DNA of 56,506 nucleotides from Puniceicoccales bacterium (GTDB lineage Bacteria; Verrucomicrobiota; Verrucomicrobiia; Opitutales; JAIRKQ01): NCBI GenBank assembly GCA_031284015.1, contig JAITAS010000067.1, positions 1 to 56,506 of the forward strand, read 5' to 3'. Shown piece by piece: positions 54,170 to 56,506 of this stretch (position 1 is its first letter; each line of letters starts with the position of its first letter). The notes under the pieces were generated by a model. It saw only the letters and a program-made list of their open reading frames with translations, ran no database searches and was not told where the DNA came from. The position numbers and the translations under genes were made by a program.

Positions 54170-56416
54170 ATGATAATATCCTGTGAAGAGCTAGAGAAGT
54201 TCCTACGTGCCCAGCATGCTTGCCCCCATGATAGGTTAGGCATGCACCCCGTAACAAAAAATGGTATCGTTGAGGGTATCGTGGTACGTACATATCTGCA
54301 AAATACCGAAAAGTGTGCCGTCGTTGATATTTCAACCAATGAAAAATTTGACATGTCAAGGCTCAGCGATAGTGGCTTTTTTGAAGTCTTTATTAAAAAT
54401 CGCACGAAAGTTTTTAACTATCAAATCGCCATTGAAACCTACGAGGAAGACGTAATTTTAAGACATGATCCCTATTCGTTCCTTCCTACCATAAGCTTGT
54501 TTGATTGTTACCTGTTTGGCCAAGGAAAGCATCGACAAATTTTCAATCGCATGGGGGCATGTGTGCGTGAAATAAATGGCATTTCGGGAACAGCATTTGC
54601 CGTTTGGGCTCCCAATGCCAAACGGGTGTCGGTAGTTGGAGACTTTAACAGTTGGGATGGGCGCTACTATCCGATGCGAATGTTGGGAGCATCTGGAATT
54701 TGGGAATTGTTTATTCCGGGTATTGGAAATTTTTCAAAATACAAATATGAGCTAGTCAATGTCCGCAATGAATTGGTGTTGAAAAGCGATCCCTATGGAA
54801 GCTATTTTGAAGGTCCCCCAAATAATGCTGCCATAGTTTTCGATTCCTCGAACCACATATGGCATGATCAGGTGTGGATGGAAAAGCGAGCTCAAACCAA
54901 GTGGTACAGCAATCGAATGGCAATTTATGAAGTACATTTGGATTCGTGGATGCGTATTCCAGAGGATGGTAATCGTCCGTTAACATACGTCGAATTGGCA
55001 GAAAAATTGACAAACTATGTCAAAAAAATGGGATTTACCCACGTTGAATTTATGCCAATAACAGAATATCCGCTGCTCAAATCATGGGGATACCAGGTTA
55101 CGGGATACTTTGCACCGACACATCGCTACGGAACCCCATTAGACTTCAAAAAATTAATTGACCATTTGCATATAAATGACATTGGTGTGATCATCGACTG
55201 GGTCCCAGCGCATTTTCCAAGAGACGCATTTGCTTTGGCTGAGTTCGACGGTACACAGCTTTATGAGCACGAGGATGAGCGCCGGGGATGTCATGAAGAT
55301 TGGGGGACCCTGGTGTTCAACTATGGGCGTCATGAGGTACGAAACTTTTTAATTGGAAGTGTGTTAAATTGGTTCGAAAAGTTTCATGTGGATGGGATTC
55401 GTGTGGATGCCGTTGCTTCTATGTTATACCTTGATTATTCTCGTAAAAGTGGCGATTGGTTGCCCAATTGTTATGGTGGAAAAGAAAATATCGAAGCTCT
55501 CGAATTTTTGCGTGAGATGAACGATGTGGTCCACGAAATATTTCCGGGAGTCATCACCATAGCTGAGGAATCCACCTCTTTTAGTGGTGTCACAAGAAAC
55601 ACAAAGTTTTGCGGTATTGGTTTTGACTTTAAGTGGAACATGGGGTGGATGCATGACACCTTAGATTACTTTTCCCACGATCCAATTTACCGCAAATATA
55701 GCCACAATCAGCTAACATTTGCAATGTTGTACCAATACTCAGAAAATTTTATTAGTTCCATTTCGCATGACGAAGTTGTCTATGGCAAGCGTTCGATGTT
55801 ATATAAAATGCCAGGCGAAACCATTTCAGAAAAAGCACGACACCTAATGGCACTGTATGCATATATGTGGCTATGGCCCGGAAAAAAAACATTATTCATG
55901 GGGTGTGAATTTGGACAAAGCGATGAATGGCAATATGACAAAAGCTTGGATTGGCATCTATTGAAGTATCCAGATCATAGGTGGATACAGCAACTAATAA
56001 CCGATTTAAACAGCATCTATGGACGGTATGATTTTCTGGCCAAATATGATATGGATGCTAGGGGTTTTGAATGGATCTCCTGCGATGATTGTGATAATTC
56101 GGTCATCGCATTTATTCGGAAAGATATTGCCGATAGCAAAATGATTGTCGTTTGCAATTTTACACCCATTGAACGTATCAACTACAGGATTGGTGTGTCA
56201 GAGAAGTGTTTTTGGAAAGAAATTTTTAACAGTGATTACAAAACCTATGGAGGAATGAATCGTGGAAATTTTGGAGGAAAATCTGCCAATGATTTGCCAT
56301 TCCATGGAAGGCCCTACTCCCTCGAATTATATCTCCCACCATTGGGGGTACTCTGTTTCATCCCTAAAGGAAATTTTTCCTGTAGCACTAGAGCGTGTCG
56401 TCAAATAAAACATTGA
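54170..56416 (+). CDS. glgB: 1,4-alpha-glucan branching enzyme
   Basis: 748 aa. GH13 regions (DWVPAHF, GIRVDAVASMLY, IAEEST, SHDEVV) and an N-terminal CBM48-like region. Confidence 0.95.
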   Translation: MIISCEELEKFLRAQHACPHDRLGMHPVTKNGIVEGIVVRTYLQNTEKCAVVDISTNEKFDMSRLSDSGFFEVFIKNRTKVFNYQIAIETYEEDVILRHDPYSFLPTISLFDCYLFGQGKHRQIFNRMGACVREINGISGTAFAVWAPNAKRVSVVGDFNSWDGRYYPMRMLGASGIWELFIPGIGNFSKYKYELVNVRNELVLKSDPYGSYFEGPPNNAAIVFDSSNHIWHDQVWMEKRAQTKWYSNRMAIYEVHLDSWMRIPEDGNRPLTYVELAEKLTNYVKKMGFTHVEFMPITEYPLLKSWGYQVTGYFAPTHRYGTPLDFKKLIDHLHINDIGVIIDWVPAHFPRDAFALAEFDGTQLYEHEDERRGCHEDWGTLVFNYGRHEVRNFLIGSVLNWFEKFHVDGIRVDAVASMLYLDYSRKSGDWLPNCYGGKENIEALEFLREMNDVVHEIFPGVITIAEESTSFSGVTRNTKFCGIGFDFKWNMGWMHDTLDYFSHDPIYRKYSHNQLTFAMLYQYSENFISSISHDEVVYGKRSMLYKMPGETISEKARHLMALYAYMWLWPGKKTLFMGCEFGQSDEWQYDKSLDWHLLKYPDHRWIQQLITDLNSIYGRYDFLAKYDMDARGFEWISCDDCDNSVIAFIRKDIADSKMIVVCNFTPIERINYRIGVSEKCFWKEIFNSDYKTYGGMNRGNFGGKSANDLPFHGRPYSLELYLPPLGVLCFIPKGNFSCSTRACRQIKH

Positions 56417-56448
56417 CAAAATGAAAAAGAAGTGCAAAAGCGTGGAGC

Positions 56449-56506
56449 ATGGACGCAAAAGCACACAGAAGGCACGACATATCAGATGAATTATGGAGAA
56501 AAATGG
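56449..56506 (+). mobile_element. Start of an IS4/IS5-type transposase gene (truncated by the window edge)
   Basis: The ATG at 56449 opens MDAKAHRRHDISDELWRKM..., the typical N-terminal (R)HxISDELWxK motif of IS5-family (DUF4096-type) transposases. Only 19 codons are visible. Confidence 0.45.

Overview
AT-rich (by eye, not computed), densely coding bacterial window. Functions were assigned by recognising motifs in the supplied ORF translations; no searches or alignments were run.

Layout:
- 1-12.5 kb: the classic tRNA-Thr/tuf/tRNA-Trp/secE/nusG/rplKAJL/rpoBC block.
- 12.7-37.3 kb: housekeeping and envelope genes. These include an LpxL-GT9 fusion, sufCB, a CaCA antiporter, a PilM-PilN fusion with a partner gene, ispH, prmA, lipoproteins, a decayed IS5-family remnant and three pseudopilins. 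They continue with ispG, rseP, pgpA, sua5, rpsR, sucCD, an orphan OmpR-type regulator and rplM-rpsI.
- 37.3-39.3 kb: a frameshifted pyrophosphatase-like pseudogene and a degenerate MalQ-like gene.
- 39.3-45.2 kb: a seven-gene type III secretion (T3SS) sub-locus on the minus strand.
- 46-56.4 kb: ispF, an exported adenylate-kinase-like protein, glgC, a hexose-phosphate-type MFS antiporter, truA, ppx-like, rluD, a TIG-domain lipoprotein and glgB. A second IS transposase starts at the window edge.

The main candidate system is the T3SS sub-locus. Its gene order and protein sizes mirror the Ysc-family yopN-tyeA-sycN-yscX-yscY-yscV operon, preceded by a YopD-sized hydrophobic translocator-like or Inc-like protein. 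The gatekeeper appears to be split at a non-canonical position, and no other injectisome genes lie in the window.

Several features suggest a PVC-superphylum (Verrucomicrobia/Chlamydiae-like) organism: the EF-Tu sequence signature, the PilM/Amuc_1100-like pair and a double-TM BatA_N-like remnant. Pseudogenes, IS debris, a long non-coding gap, hexose-phosphate import and glycogen genes around the T3SS suggest a host-associated lifestyle with ongoing genome erosion. No rRNA or CRISPR array was seen.
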